A stretch of DNA of 48,045 nucleotides, taken from contig JALHMH010000036.1 of NCBI GenBank assembly GCA_022844165.1, positions 1-48,045 on the forward strand, written 5' to 3'. The DNA is from Lysobacterales bacterium. Its GTDB lineage: Bacteria; Pseudomonadota; Gammaproteobacteria; Xanthomonadales; SZUA-5. The position numbers were made by a program, and so were the translations under genes. Below the pieces are notes generated by a model. It saw only the letters and a program-made list of their open reading frames with translations, did not search any database and was not told where the DNA came from. Shown in pieces: positions 38,054-47,984 of the stretch; the first letter of the stretch is position 1; each line of letters opens with the position of its first letter.

Positions 38054-38724
38054 GCGGCACTCGCCAGGGCGGTGTCGATCAGCTCGGCGATCTGCCGCAA
38101 AAACACCGTTCCCATTCCAGGATGGAAGCGGTTCGGATCGGCGCTGCCGATTCCCAGAAACCCGAACTGGCCAACCGGCAGCAGGACAGCGGAAGAGACT
38201 TCGCCGGCTAAATCGCCGAACAGAAAATCCAGTTTCTCCTGCCGCAAACGCCCGCAAAGCGGCTCGCCTTTGCCTCTGAAGTCTGCGAATTGGCCGAGCG
38301 GTTGGGCATCAGCGCCGATCTGCAACAGCCACGGTTCGTGAATGTCAAGCACCGGCGCACCGATTAAACACACCCGCACCAGATCGGTGTGAAAGTCCTC
38401 GCGCAGGCTCGCGGCAACCGCCAGAACGGTATCGGCAAAACGCCGTGCCCGCAGCAGACGAAGGGACAACTGATGGACGCGCCCGATCAAAGCTTCGTTG
38501 TCTTGCGCCACCTCAGACAATTCGCGCAACCGCTGGGCCAATGCGCCGTTTTTCTCGCGCAATACATCCAGCTGATAACTGGTCAGTGAGGTGGCCGCGC
38601 CAGCGTGGCGTGGGATGACCATGGCCAAAGCCAGATCGGGAAAGTCGGAGAGGAACGAGGGGTTGCGACGCAAATAGCTCGCGACGCGTTCGGCGCTTAA
38701 TTCGATATCGGTCACAGCAACCAT
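38050..38724 (-). CDS. DUF484 (YigA-like) protein
   Basis: Motifs VASYLRRNPSF, SLTSYQ and RFHPGMGTVFL; lies between dapF and xerC. Confidence 0.92.
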   Translation of the reverse strand: MVAVTDIELSAERVASYLRRNPSFLSDFPDLALAMVIPRHAGAATSLTSYQLDVLREKNGALAQRLRELSEVAQDNEALIGRVHQLSLRLLRARRFADTVLAVAASLREDFHTDLVRVCLIGAPVLDIHEPWLLQIGADAQPLGQFADFRGKGEPLCGRLRQEKLDFLFGDLAGEVSSAVLLPVGQFGFLGIGSADPNRFHPGMGTVFLRQIAELIDTALASAA

Positions 38725-39512
38725 TCTCCTTCGAAAACGAACTCTGCAGGACCGGCCAGATGCACCTCTCCGCCGTCCCATGAAACATCCAGTGTGCCGC
38801 CCGGCAAGTGTACCGATACCGCGTGATCGAGTTGACCGAGGCGGATCAACGCAATTGCAGCAGCGCAGGCGCCACTGCCGCAGGCCAGCGTTTCGCCTAC
38901 ACCGCGCTCATAGACGCGTAGCGCAATCGCGCTGCGCGACAGCACCTGAGCAAAACCGACGTTAGCCCGATCCGGGAATCGCCGGTGGTGCGAAAGCGCA
39001 GCACCCAGGGTGTCGACATCGGCAGTTTGTGCTGAACCCACTGGCAGCACCGCATGCGGATTGCCCATCGACAGCGCACAAATTTCCAGGGTGCGATCGC
39101 ACACATCGATCGGGTAGGTGAGCGATTCGACCGCTGCCAGAAAGGGAATCTGGTCCGGCGCAAAGACGGGTGTCGGCAGCGCGATCGCGTAGCGTCCTGG
39201 CGCAAGGCACGTTGGCGTGATCGGCCCGGATGGGCTGTCGATTGGGGTGTCGATGACGCCATATCGCTCGTGCAGATAGCGCGCGACACACCGCGCACCA
39301 TTGCCGCATTGCGCGGCCGACGTGCCGTCCGCATTAAAGATGCGGTACGCGAAGCGTGCACGCCGCTCGATGAGCATGATTTGGTCGCAGCCGACGCCAC
39401 GGTGCCGATCGGCGACGCGTTCAGCCAGCGCCGGCGTCAAGTCGATCGGCGCCGACACGGCATCGATAAGCACAAAATCGTTACCAGCGCCGTGCATTTT
39501 TGTGAAGCGCAT
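38712..39512 (-). CDS. dapF: Diaminopimelate epimerase
   Basis: Motifs FTKMHGAGNDF, CGNGARC, MGNPH and ERGVGETLACGSG. Confidence 0.97.
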   Translation of the reverse strand: MRFTKMHGAGNDFVLIDAVSAPIDLTPALAERVADRHRGVGCDQIMLIERRARFAYRIFNADGTSAAQCGNGARCVARYLHERYGVIDTPIDSPSGPITPTCLAPGRYAIALPTPVFAPDQIPFLAAVESLTYPIDVCDRTLEICALSMGNPHAVLPVGSAQTADVDTLGAALSHHRRFPDRANVGFAQVLSRSAIALRVYERGVGETLACGSGACAAAIALIRLGQLDHAVSVHLPGGTLDVSWDGGEVHLAGPAEFVFEGEWLL

Positions 39513-39616
39513 CAGGCCCCCGCTGGCGCCGGCGGTTCGCTGGGAAGCTCAAGCGGACCCTTGCTGCCGCAACCGGCAGCGAGCGATAGCAAAACAATCA
39601 GCAAGAGGCGGCGCAT
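39512..39616 (-). CDS. lptM: Small lipoprotein LptM (YifL), 34 aa; absent from the ORF track
   Basis: Translates MRRLLLIVLLSLAAGCGSKGPLELPSEPPAPAGA*, with lipobox plus CGxKGPL motif. TGATG overlap with the dapF start. Confidence 0.88.
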   Translation of the reverse strand: MRRLLLIVLLSLAAGCGSKGPLELPSEPPAPAGA

Positions 39617-39745
39617 GAAGTGATCTTATCGAGGGCGATAGATGGGATGATGACGCAAGCGGCGATTTCGTGCCGCGAAGCTTCGGAAACTGCGCTGCAC
39701 TGATCGCGCTCTACAACGTTGCACCGGATCGAAGAATTTCGGCAC

Positions 39746-40885
39746 ATGAAACTACAAGGCCTCAGAGTACTCGATTTGTCGTTGTTCTTGCCCGGCCCCC
39801 ATCTGAGCATGATGATGGCGGACCATGGCGCCAGCGTCATCAAAGTCGAGCCGCCGTCCGGCGAACCGGTGCGCCAGGTTGGGTTACGCCAGGGCGAACA
39901 TTCGGTGTGGTTCCGCAACACGCATCGGGGCAAGCGCAGTGTGGTGCTGAACCTGAAGAGCGCCGCGGATCGCGAAGTGCTGCTGGCGCTTTGCGATGAG
40001 GCCGACGTTTTCATCGAGGCATTTCGGCCGGGTGTGATGGATCGTCTTGGACTGGGCACAGAGTTGCTTCGGTTGCGCAATCCGCGTTTGGTTGTGTGTT
40101 CGATCGCCGCCTTTGGGCAATCTGGGCCGTTGCGCGACAAACCTGCACACGATCTCGCGATCCAGGCGATGAGCGGTGCTGTCAGTGTCAATCTGGGTCA
40201 GGACGGCCAGCCGTGCAATCCGAATATGCCGTCGGCTGATATGGCGGCATCGCTGATGGCGCTCTCAGGCATTCTGATGGCGCTGTTTCGGCGTCAGACC
40301 ACGGGCCTGGGGGACAGTATCGACCTGTCGATGCAAGACGCGCTGATGGCCTGGATGCCGAACGTCACAGGTCCCGTGTTCGCTCAGAACCGCGCGCCGG
40401 TGCCGCAGCACGAGCGAAGTTGGGGCGGCAACGCCATGTACCGGATTTACCGTTGCGCGGACGGTCGGCATGTAGCGCTGGGCGGCAGCGAGCACAAGTT
40501 TGTGGAAGCGCTGGCGCGCGCGATTGGCGCTCCGGAACTCGCGGCGCTTGCAGAGCGTGGTCCTGGTGCGCACCAACAACCGCTGGTCGATGCCTTTGCA
40601 GCCGCATTCGCATCACGCACATTGGCGCAAGTGAGCGAGTGGCTGGAACCGCTCGATATCTGCTGGGCACCCGTCTGGAATTTGCAGGAGGCCTGGGCCT
40701 CGCCCCAGGTCATTGCGCGGGGCATGCGCGTCACCGATCGCGAAGGCCACGATCATATCGGTGTGCCGATCCGATTCGCCGACGAACCGGCGACGCCCGA
40801 TTGGCGCGTGCCGGATTTAGACGCTGATGGTCAGCGCGTACGCGCGGCGCTGAGGGCGGGCCGCAGCGCATGGGAAAAGAACTAA
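39746..40885 (+). CDS. Family III CoA-transferase (CaiB/BaiF)
   Basis: Motifs LQGLRVLDLS..LPGP, VIKVEPP, RGKRS, FRPGVMDRLGLG, FGQSGP and AHD. Confidence 0.94.
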   Translation: MKLQGLRVLDLSLFLPGPHLSMMMADHGASVIKVEPPSGEPVRQVGLRQGEHSVWFRNTHRGKRSVVLNLKSAADREVLLALCDEADVFIEAFRPGVMDRLGLGTELLRLRNPRLVVCSIAAFGQSGPLRDKPAHDLAIQAMSGAVSVNLGQDGQPCNPNMPSADMAASLMALSGILMALFRRQTTGLGDSIDLSMQDALMAWMPNVTGPVFAQNRAPVPQHERSWGGNAMYRIYRCADGRHVALGGSEHKFVEALARAIGAPELAALAERGPGAHQQPLVDAFAAAFASRTLAQVSEWLEPLDICWAPVWNLQEAWASPQVIARGMRVTDREGHDHIGVPIRFADEPATPDWRVPDLDADGQRVRAALRAGRSAWEKN

Positions 40886-41298
40886 CGATGCTCCGCCTCA
40901 GATCGCCGAGCGTTGTTGGCTTCGTTCGGCAGCGTACTTGCCACAACCCCGCGCGCTTCGCGCGCGCCCCCTTTACTCAAGGGGGCTTCAACAGCCAAAG
41001 CCGCTTTGAAGAAACAGACTTATTTGTCCAGATCCGGCTCTGTCAAGGACTCTAACGATGCTCCGCCTCAGATCGCCGAGAATTGTTGGCTTCGTTCGGC
41101 AGCGTACTTGCCACAACCCCGCGCGCTTCGCGCATTTCCGGCCCGGCGGCAAAGCCGCCGGTCGTTCGGATTGGGACACGCCTATCGGCGTGTAAGCGCC
41201 AGTCCTCACCCTCCCCTGACTCAAGGGGGCTTCAACCGCCAGGCCGCATCTGAGAAACAGACGCAAATGAAAAGATCCGCCTCCGTCAAGGACTCTGG
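40882..41298 (-). repeat. Two head-to-tail family-B repeats: short (170 bp) and long (243 bp, containing the 75-bp module at 41137-41211)
   Basis: CTAACGATGCTCCGCCTCAGATCGCCGAG starts at both 40882 and 41052, and both units end GTCAAGGACT. The first CTAA contains the CoA-transferase stop. Confidence 0.9.
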
Positions 41299-41500
41299 GA
41301 CGTTGTTGAGAAACGCACTTCCTGTGCGATTCTCAAGTCGCGAATCCGGCACTTGTCCGGACTCGCTTTTCATGGATCAAGCACTTTCGTGCTCGACCCA
41401 TGTGCGAACCATTCATGGTTCGCGCCCGCAGGCTGTTTCTCAACAGCCTGCTGGAGATGATTTTGGAAGCGTTTTGGTTGAGAACTTAACCGGCGGTTTT

Positions 41501-42499
41501 TTGCGCCTGCTCTGGGTCGCACTGAGTGCGATCATCCTGAGTGCCTGCGCCACCGCGCCGCCGCCCACCGCAACCCTTCAAACACCGCAGGACACGGCGC
41601 GTGTCGACATCGATGTGGGCCTGGCGCGCATCAGCGAATGGTTCGCAGGCAACTTCGACAACTACGCTCAAACGATGGCCGATCGCGACTCGCAGGCGCC
41701 GGCTCACGAACGCATCCATTTAAGCTTTGTGCCCGTGGAAGTACCAGCGATCGGCGGTTCGGTGTTCTTTGCCCGGCAATCGTTGGACGACGATCCTCGT
41801 GTGATACGTCTTCGCCTGTATCGTTTCGCAATGGATGGCAAACGCATTCGTCTCGATCAATACCGCTTCAACGACGAAGCGCCGTGGCGTGGTGATCTGG
41901 ATGTGGCGCGGCTGCGCGCCGTGCCTGCCGCGGCGCTCAGCGTTGCGCCCGGTTGCGCCGTTTTCTTCGACTACGACAGCGCCCGCGAACGTTTTGTGGG
42001 GGCGACCGAACCGGGTCAATGTCGTGTCGCCTCGGAACGTTTCGAAAATGGTGTGATCGTCGAAGATCGTATCGAGATCGCGCGCGACGAAGTGTTGGTC
42101 GCCAGTGGCGCGCGTGACGCGGCGGGCAAGCTCATTTACGGCCACCCGCAGGGTGTGCCGCATCGGCATCGCAAGGCGCAGTGGTTCAGTGGTCTGGTCG
42201 TCGTCAACAGTGCCGGGCGCAACGCACGGCCCGATCAGCGCGAGTGGCACACATTGCGCAACGCCCGGCTGCACAACGAAGGCGGCTGGCTGCCGCTCAC
42301 CAGTACGGACGGCCGTCGTCTGGGTGTTTCGTTGCGCCTGGCGCGCGTTCGCTTCGGCGACGATCCAGAACCAGCTCTGGTGCTCTATGTGCTGGACGAC
42401 GCGGCGGCGCAACCGATCTCGTATGCCCTGGCGGACGCCACGAGTGACCGGATCGGGATCAATCTCCAGTGGGTGCAGGTGCAGTTGCAGCGGCAATAG
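41501..42499 (+). CDS. CpcT/CpeT-like (bilin lyase fold) predicted lipoprotein with C-terminal extension
   Basis: WFAGNFDNYAQ, HERIH and RLRLYRF resemble CpcT/CpeT. Lipobox ILSA-C follows a hydrophobic signal. TTG start inferred. Confidence 0.7.
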   Translation: MRLLWVALSAIILSACATAPPPTATLQTPQDTARVDIDVGLARISEWFAGNFDNYAQTMADRDSQAPAHERIHLSFVPVEVPAIGGSVFFARQSLDDDPRVIRLRLYRFAMDGKRIRLDQYRFNDEAPWRGDLDVARLRAVPAAALSVAPGCAVFFDYDSARERFVGATEPGQCRVASERFENGVIVEDRIEIARDEVLVASGARDAAGKLIYGHPQGVPHRHRKAQWFSGLVVVNSAGRNARPDQREWHTLRNARLHNEGGWLPLTSTDGRRLGVSLRLARVRFGDDPEPALVLYVLDDAAAQPISYALADATSDRIGINLQWVQVQLQRQ

Positions 42500-42518
42500 T
42501 CGATGCCGACCACGATCG

Positions 42519-44036
42519 TTAGTTCGCAGCCGCGCTGCATGGGATGCCGCTGGGGATGGTCAACCGCGTCAGCGCCATGGTCCCTTGAGCGTAACCTTGC
42601 GGCAGATCGAAGGCCACTTGCCCTGAGCGGCACGAAGTAAACGTGAAAGTGAGTGTGCCGAAGGGCTCGTTCTGCACCGCAGCGGGATTGAAGTTGGGAA
42701 TGAAACGTCCGCCCGTCGTTCGCATGGCGTTGACGACGGCGCGATTGCCGGTGATTTGGCCAACGCCCCCGAACCAACTCTGTTGACCGTCGGGGCTGAA
42801 GGTGAACCACCATGCAAGGAAGCCGCCGCCCGGCAGCACCTCAACCAGGAATCCGTGGCCGTTTTGCGCCGGGTCGAACCAGGCGCCAGTGAAGCTGGCA
42901 TCGATCAACGGGCCGGTCAGGGGTTCGCCATCGGAGAGCAAATACACCTGTCCGTTGAAGGCGAGTGCATACAGATTGCCGGCCCGATCTTCGCCGAAGC
43001 TGGAGATCGGCAACCCGGTGGCCAGATGCTCGGTACGGGTGTATGTGGCGCTGGCGCCAGCGCCGCTGCGCTCGATGGACCAAATCCGGCCGCTGCAGAA
43101 GTCTGAGAAAAAGTACCGGCCGCGCAAACGCGGATAAAGATCGCCGCGATATACATAGCCGCCGGTCACGGAGCAGCCCAGCGTTCGGTCATATTCGTCG
43201 ACCGGCATCGTGAAGCCTGCGGTGCTGCCACAGTTGTTGTTGGTGGTGCCACACAAAGTGCCTTCGAAGCGCCGCCAGCCGTAGTTCTGACCGCCGCTGC
43301 CTGCCGGCTGAAAGTTAATCTCCTCGCGGCGGGTCTGACCCACATCGGCGATCCACAGATCGCCAGTCTGGCGATCAAAACTCGCGCGCCAGGGATTGCG
43401 CAGTCCGTATGCCCAGATCTCCGCACGCGCGCCACCGGTGCTGGCGAAGGGATTGTTCGGCGCGCCCTGCGCGCTGGCGCCAGACACGTTCAGGCGCAGG
43501 ATTTTCCCGAGCAGGGTACTCAACTGCTGGCCGTTGTCTTGCGGATCGTTGCCACTGCCCCCATCGCCGCTGGCGACATACAGGAAACCATCGGGGCCGA
43601 AGGCAATCCAGCCACCGTTGTGGTTGCTGAAAGGCTGGGCAAATTGCAGCAGAATTTCGCGCGAGCCAGCGTCGGCAATATCGGCGTTGCTGCCGACGCG
43701 ATAGCGCGCTAACACGCTGTCACCATTGGTCGCGGTGTAGTACACGTAGAAGCGACCGCTGTTCGCGTAATCCGGTGCGAATGCGAGCCCGAGCAAACCC
43801 TGCTCGCTGCCGGTCGACAGCAGTGGCGTGATGTCCAGAAACGGCGTCGCCAGCAGGGCGCCATTGCGCAGGATACGAATCCGCCCGCGCTGCTCGACGA
43901 TGAACAGCCGATCATCGCCCGCATGGGTTAGATAGAGCGGATTGGCGAGCCCCGAGACCAGACTGTTCAACCGGAGATCGATGGCATCGCTGCGGCTTGC
44001 ACAAAGAAGCAAAAGGACGAGCAGCAGTGAACGCAT
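42519..44036 (-). CDS. Secreted PQQ-dependent glucose/sorbosone dehydrogenase-like beta-propeller with extra C-terminal domain
   Basis: Signal peptide; motifs EQGLLGLAF, NHNGG, FGPDG, LGKILR, YGLRNPWR and ADVGQ. Confidence 0.92.
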   Translation of the reverse strand: MRSLLLVLLLLCASRSDAIDLRLNSLVSGLANPLYLTHAGDDRLFIVEQRGRIRILRNGALLATPFLDITPLLSTGSEQGLLGLAFAPDYANSGRFYVYYTATNGDSVLARYRVGSNADIADAGSREILLQFAQPFSNHNGGWIAFGPDGFLYVASGDGGSGNDPQDNGQQLSTLLGKILRLNVSGASAQGAPNNPFASTGGARAEIWAYGLRNPWRASFDRQTGDLWIADVGQTRREEINFQPAGSGGQNYGWRRFEGTLCGTTNNNCGSTAGFTMPVDEYDRTLGCSVTGGYVYRGDLYPRLRGRYFFSDFCSGRIWSIERSGAGASATYTRTEHLATGLPISSFGEDRAGNLYALAFNGQVYLLSDGEPLTGPLIDASFTGAWFDPAQNGHGFLVEVLPGGGFLAWWFTFSPDGQQSWFGGVGQITGNRAVVNAMRTTGGRFIPNFNPAAVQNEPFGTLTFTFTSCRSGQVAFDLPQGYAQGTMALTRLTIPSGIPCSAAAN

Positions 44037-44117
44037 GGCGAAGGCTCCACAATCGGTTCAGGGGTAGCTTAGCTCAGCCGACGGCCGGGTGTCCCTTCGC
44101 CACAATTCTCGGTGCGT

Positions 44118-46460
44118 TCAAGAAACATCCGGGCTCGCCCGCAGCACCGTCATTGGCGCCACCAGGCGAATCGGGCGCGCAGCGACCAGTGTCGCGGTGC
44201 TGCCCAGCGCAACGATAGCGACGATGGCGGCAAGCACAAGCGAGATGGATGGCACTGCCAACGCGAGTTGAGATTGCAACCACGGAAATGCGAATGCGAG
44301 CAGGCCGATTCCGAGCACCGCACCGTGCAGGGATCGAAGCACGCCGCCGCGAATTTCCTCGCGCAACAGACGCGGCCTGGTAGCGCCCACCGCCATGCGC
44401 AGCGCCAGCTCGCCGCGCCGTTGCGCCAGCGAGTTGGTGACCACACTGAAAATGCCAACGCAAGCGAGCAGCACACTGATTGCGCCGAACAACTGCATCA
44501 CCAACAACTGCTGGCGTTGTGGAGCCAGATGCTGCTCAACGCGTGCTTCAAGCGTGGCGATGTCGAACAGCGCCATGTCTGGCCGCGCCCGTTGGCTGGC
44601 GGCCAACAGTGCGGCCCGCAGCGGCGCTGCATCGCCCTGCGCGCGAACCACCAGCGTCATCGTTGGCCACAGATACCAGGTCGTCGGCAGATAGACCGTT
44701 GGTGTTGGTTGGTCGATCTCGTTGTTGCGTACATCAGCGACCACGCCAACGATCGTCCGCGAGGACCCGTTCTCGAACGTCACTTCGCGGCCCAGTGGCG
44801 ATCGATCCGGCCATAGCGCTTTGGCCAGACTGGCACTCAGAATGGCGGAGTCCGACGTCTCGTCCGAGCCAAAGTCGCGCCCGGATAACAGCGCTGTGCC
44901 GGCTGTCTTGAAGTAGCCCTCAGAAATGATGCGCCACGACACTTGCAACCCTTGATCATCGACAGGCGCCACCGAGCCGGCCGCCAGCATCATCGAAGTG
45001 TCGAACGCCCCCAGCGGCGCCTCGTTGGCCACCGCCGCGGCAACAACACCGGGTACGCCGCGAGCCGCATCGATCAGATCCGCACTGGTGCGCAGGCCGC
45101 GCGCGTGGCTTGGCCCGTCGACAACTTCGTCGATCGCATACCGAGCGGCAATCACGGCGCTGGTGTCGAATCCCAGATCCAGATCGAGCAGACGCCGCCA
45201 CTCGGTGGCGAGGATCAAGGCGATCGATAACAGACAGGTCGCCAGCGCCAACTGCGTCAGCACCAGCGCTGAGCGCCAGCGCGCTCGTGGCGCGCGCTGG
45301 CGAGCTGCCTGACGTCGTGCAGCGTTGAGCGCAATCGTCGCGGCCAGGGCACCGCCGATGACGACGGGCACCACACCCACGAGCAACGACAGCATTGCCA
45401 TCGGCCAATGGAAGTGCAAATCCTGCCAGCGTGGCGATGCTGGCAACACGGACTGCAACGCGCCGAACAGAGCAGCTGCGATGATCACACCCAGCAGCGC
45501 ACCGATGAGGGCGAGCAATGTGGCCTCGCTCGTCGATTCGCTCAGCAGGCGCGCGCCAGAAGCACCGAGCGCGCGCCGAGTCGCCAGATCGCGCACACGA
45601 TCGAGTCCGCGCGCAATCAGCAGGTTGGCCAGATTCACGGTTGCCAGCAACACCAGCAATGCCGCCGCCAGCAGCAACATCATGACCCGACGTTGAAGAC
45701 TCTCCCCAACTACCGCGGCGAGCGCAGGCGTCGCCTTCGCGTGCCAACCGGCGTTTGCTGCCGGATGCGCTTGCGCCAGTTGCTGATGCGCTGCGGCCAG
45801 CGCGGCGGCGAACGTTTGCGCCGTCGTGTCTGGCGCAATGCGCGCCCAGACGTCCAGCCGGCGATCATCGCGATCCGCGTTGTCGAAGGGGTGCAGCAGC
45901 CACGCATCGACCGGCCCGGCGATGCCGATGGCATCCGGCGCAATGCCGATGACCGCACGCCGCACACCGTTGATCGACAACGTCTGGTCGCCCAACGGCG
46001 CATCGCCGAAACGCTGCCGGAACAGCCCCTCGCGCAATACCACGCCGCGATCGTCCGGACCCTGCCAGGATTGCCCCTGCAATCGTAAGCCCAGTACCGA
46101 AAACACGTTTGCGCTTGCCTGCATGCCGGCGATCCGCTGCGCTGCACTGCCTGCGCTCGCGTTCAATGTCAGATCGATGCCCTGGATCGCCGCGATTTGT
46201 GCTTGCGGCAGGGCGCTTTGCCAATCGAGAAAATTCGGTGTCGACACCGAAAAGGCGCTGATGCCGCGCTGCGGGTGGTACTCCTCCAGTTCCAGCAGCT
46301 GCTGCGACTGCGCATTTGGCAGCGGTGCCCAGAGTGCCGGATACGCCAATTGCGCAATCACCACAAACGCCGCGATCACCACTGCCAATGTTGCCACCGT
46401 GCCTGCGGCGAATGCCCGCGAGTCGCCGCGCAACAAGCGGCGCAAGGTGATCGTGAACAT
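44118..46460 (-). CDS. Duplicated MacB/FtsX-type ABC permease (ADOP-like)
   Basis: Two periplasmic + FtsX modules with NLANLLIAR..R..R.ALGA and QRRGELALRMAVGA motifs. Confidence 0.88.
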   Translation of the reverse strand: MFTITLRRLLRGDSRAFAAGTVATLAVVIAAFVVIAQLAYPALWAPLPNAQSQQLLELEEYHPQRGISAFSVSTPNFLDWQSALPQAQIAAIQGIDLTLNASAGSAAQRIAGMQASANVFSVLGLRLQGQSWQGPDDRGVVLREGLFRQRFGDAPLGDQTLSINGVRRAVIGIAPDAIGIAGPVDAWLLHPFDNADRDDRRLDVWARIAPDTTAQTFAAALAAAHQQLAQAHPAANAGWHAKATPALAAVVGESLQRRVMMLLLAAALLVLLATVNLANLLIARGLDRVRDLATRRALGASGARLLSESTSEATLLALIGALLGVIIAAALFGALQSVLPASPRWQDLHFHWPMAMLSLLVGVVPVVIGGALAATIALNAARRQAARQRAPRARWRSALVLTQLALATCLLSIALILATEWRRLLDLDLGFDTSAVIAARYAIDEVVDGPSHARGLRTSADLIDAARGVPGVVAAAVANEAPLGAFDTSMMLAAGSVAPVDDQGLQVSWRIISEGYFKTAGTALLSGRDFGSDETSDSAILSASLAKALWPDRSPLGREVTFENGSSRTIVGVVADVRNNEIDQPTPTVYLPTTWYLWPTMTLVVRAQGDAAPLRAALLAASQRARPDMALFDIATLEARVEQHLAPQRQQLLVMQLFGAISVLLACVGIFSVVTNSLAQRRGELALRMAVGATRPRLLREEIRGGVLRSLHGAVLGIGLLAFAFPWLQSQLALAVPSISLVLAAIVAIVALGSTATLVAARPIRLVAPMTVLRASPDVS

Positions 46461-46605
46461 GGGCAGGTCCATCAAGGTCGACGATATCGACACCAGCAAG
46501 CCTCGTGCCACTACGTCCAGCCTCAGGGAGAACAGCCGCTGCCACCCGCCAGGCGTTCGGCACCGATCACTCTCGTTCGATTCCGGACTGCCAATAGCTC
46601 AGCGC

Positions 46606-47577
46606 TCAGCCCTCGAACCCGTCACGCAGCAAATTGTCGTCGTGAAGAACGGTTTGCACGGTCCATTGCAACATCCGCTCGGACAGTGTGACCCCTGGGC
46701 TGGCTTCCAGAACGAAGATGTTGATTGCGCCAAATCCGTGGCCGCCGCCTACGATTGGATAGATTTCATGCGCCACCTGCTGATTCACTGCGCGCGCCAC
46801 CAGCAACTCGGATCCGGTAAAGGGTACGGTCGCATCTTCGGTGCCATGAATGATGAACAGCGGTGGTTCGCCTGACGCGAGGTGATTGGCCGCAGCAACC
46901 GGGTCGTCGGCCGGAATCAGGCTGGCGCCCCATAGATCGACCACAAAGTTGAAGGGGCTTGCGGCAACACCATAGTTGTCCAGAACGTAGGCCAGATGAA
47001 TGGCGGTAATGGCGCCGGCGGAGCCGCCGAGCAGGCCGATTTGTGTGGGATCGATACTCAACTGGCTGGCGTTGGCCTGCAGCCAGTCGACTGCGGTCAG
47101 GGCATCGTCAACGGCCGCCACCGCGGCCACGCGTTGCAGCAGGGTGCTGCCACTGGTGCCCGCGGTGGCCGGTGCCAAAAGGCTGCTGACCCGCGCACTC
47201 GGCGCCGGTTGATCCGGGGCCAGTCGGTAGTCGATGGATATGGCCACGAAGCCGCGCGCAGCCATCGCCCGCGCAATGGTCACCAGCTGACTCTGAGTGC
47301 GTGTGCCACCTTGAAAGCCGCCACCATGAATGATGATGATCACCGGGCTGAGCGCCGTCGCATTGGCGCCAACAGGTCGGTAGAGATCCAGCAGCAGATT
47401 TTTTTGACCAGGCGCTGGCGCATTCACCGCGCCCTGGCCATAGATCACCGCAGATTCAACAACCACCGGAAAAACCGGCTCAAACACCGGCAGCACCGAC
47501 TGCGCCTTCGCACCGATGCTAATGGCGGCCAGACACAGACCAACGAATGCGCAGCGAAGAGTGGGCATGTGTTTCAT
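46606..47577 (-). CDS. Secreted alpha/beta-hydrolase (esterase/lipase)
   Basis: Signal peptide, HGGGF, GGSAG (GxSxG), HGTED and GHG; ends DNLLRDGFEG. Confidence 0.92.
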   Translation of the reverse strand: MKHMPTLRCAFVGLCLAAISIGAKAQSVLPVFEPVFPVVVESAVIYGQGAVNAPAPGQKNLLLDLYRPVGANATALSPVIIIIHGGGFQGGTRTQSQLVTIARAMAARGFVAISIDYRLAPDQPAPSARVSSLLAPATAGTSGSTLLQRVAAVAAVDDALTAVDWLQANASQLSIDPTQIGLLGGSAGAITAIHLAYVLDNYGVAASPFNFVVDLWGASLIPADDPVAAANHLASGEPPLFIIHGTEDATVPFTGSELLVARAVNQQVAHEIYPIVGGGHGFGAINIFVLEASPGVTLSERMLQWTVQTVLHDDNLLRDGFEG

Positions 47578-47738
47578 CCTGGTCGGTGGTGGGCAAGCCC
47601 AAGGGCTGGTGCCTGCTGTTGGTCTTGTTACGCCAACGCAGCCGCGCGCTCGCGGTTGACGCGAGCGGAGCGGAGGATGCGGGTGTCAGCGACGGTTCGG
47701 GCCAGCTGAACCGGGGGGAGAACATCAGCGCACATCGG

Positions 47739-47984
47739 CTAGCCCGGCTTCGCCTCAGACCGCCGAGCATTGCTGGCTTCGCCAGACACCGTGCTTGCCA
47801 CAACCCCGCGCTCCGTATTTCCGGCCCAGCGGCGCAGCCGCCGGGCGTTCGACTCGGCACACACCTGCGGCGTGTCAGCGCCGAGTCTCACCCCCCCCAA
47901 TGACTCAAGGGGCTGCAAAAGCCAAAGCCGCTCCGCAGAAAAATTGACTTAAATGTACAGATCCGGCTCCGTCAAGGACTCTAG
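47739..47984 (-). repeat. Family-B repeat, long form (contains the 74-bp module at 47820-47893), bounded by CTAG at both ends
   Basis: CTAGCCCGGCTTCGCCTCAGACCGCCGAGCATTGCTGG...GATCCGGCTCCGTCAAGGACTCTAG; the reverse complement aligns with 5007-5175. Confidence 0.9.

Noticed and set aside
40913-41500. N-terminal 196 aa of ORF 40913..42499
   Set aside because: It reads through two dispersed repeats. The signal peptide and lipobox begin at ~41501.
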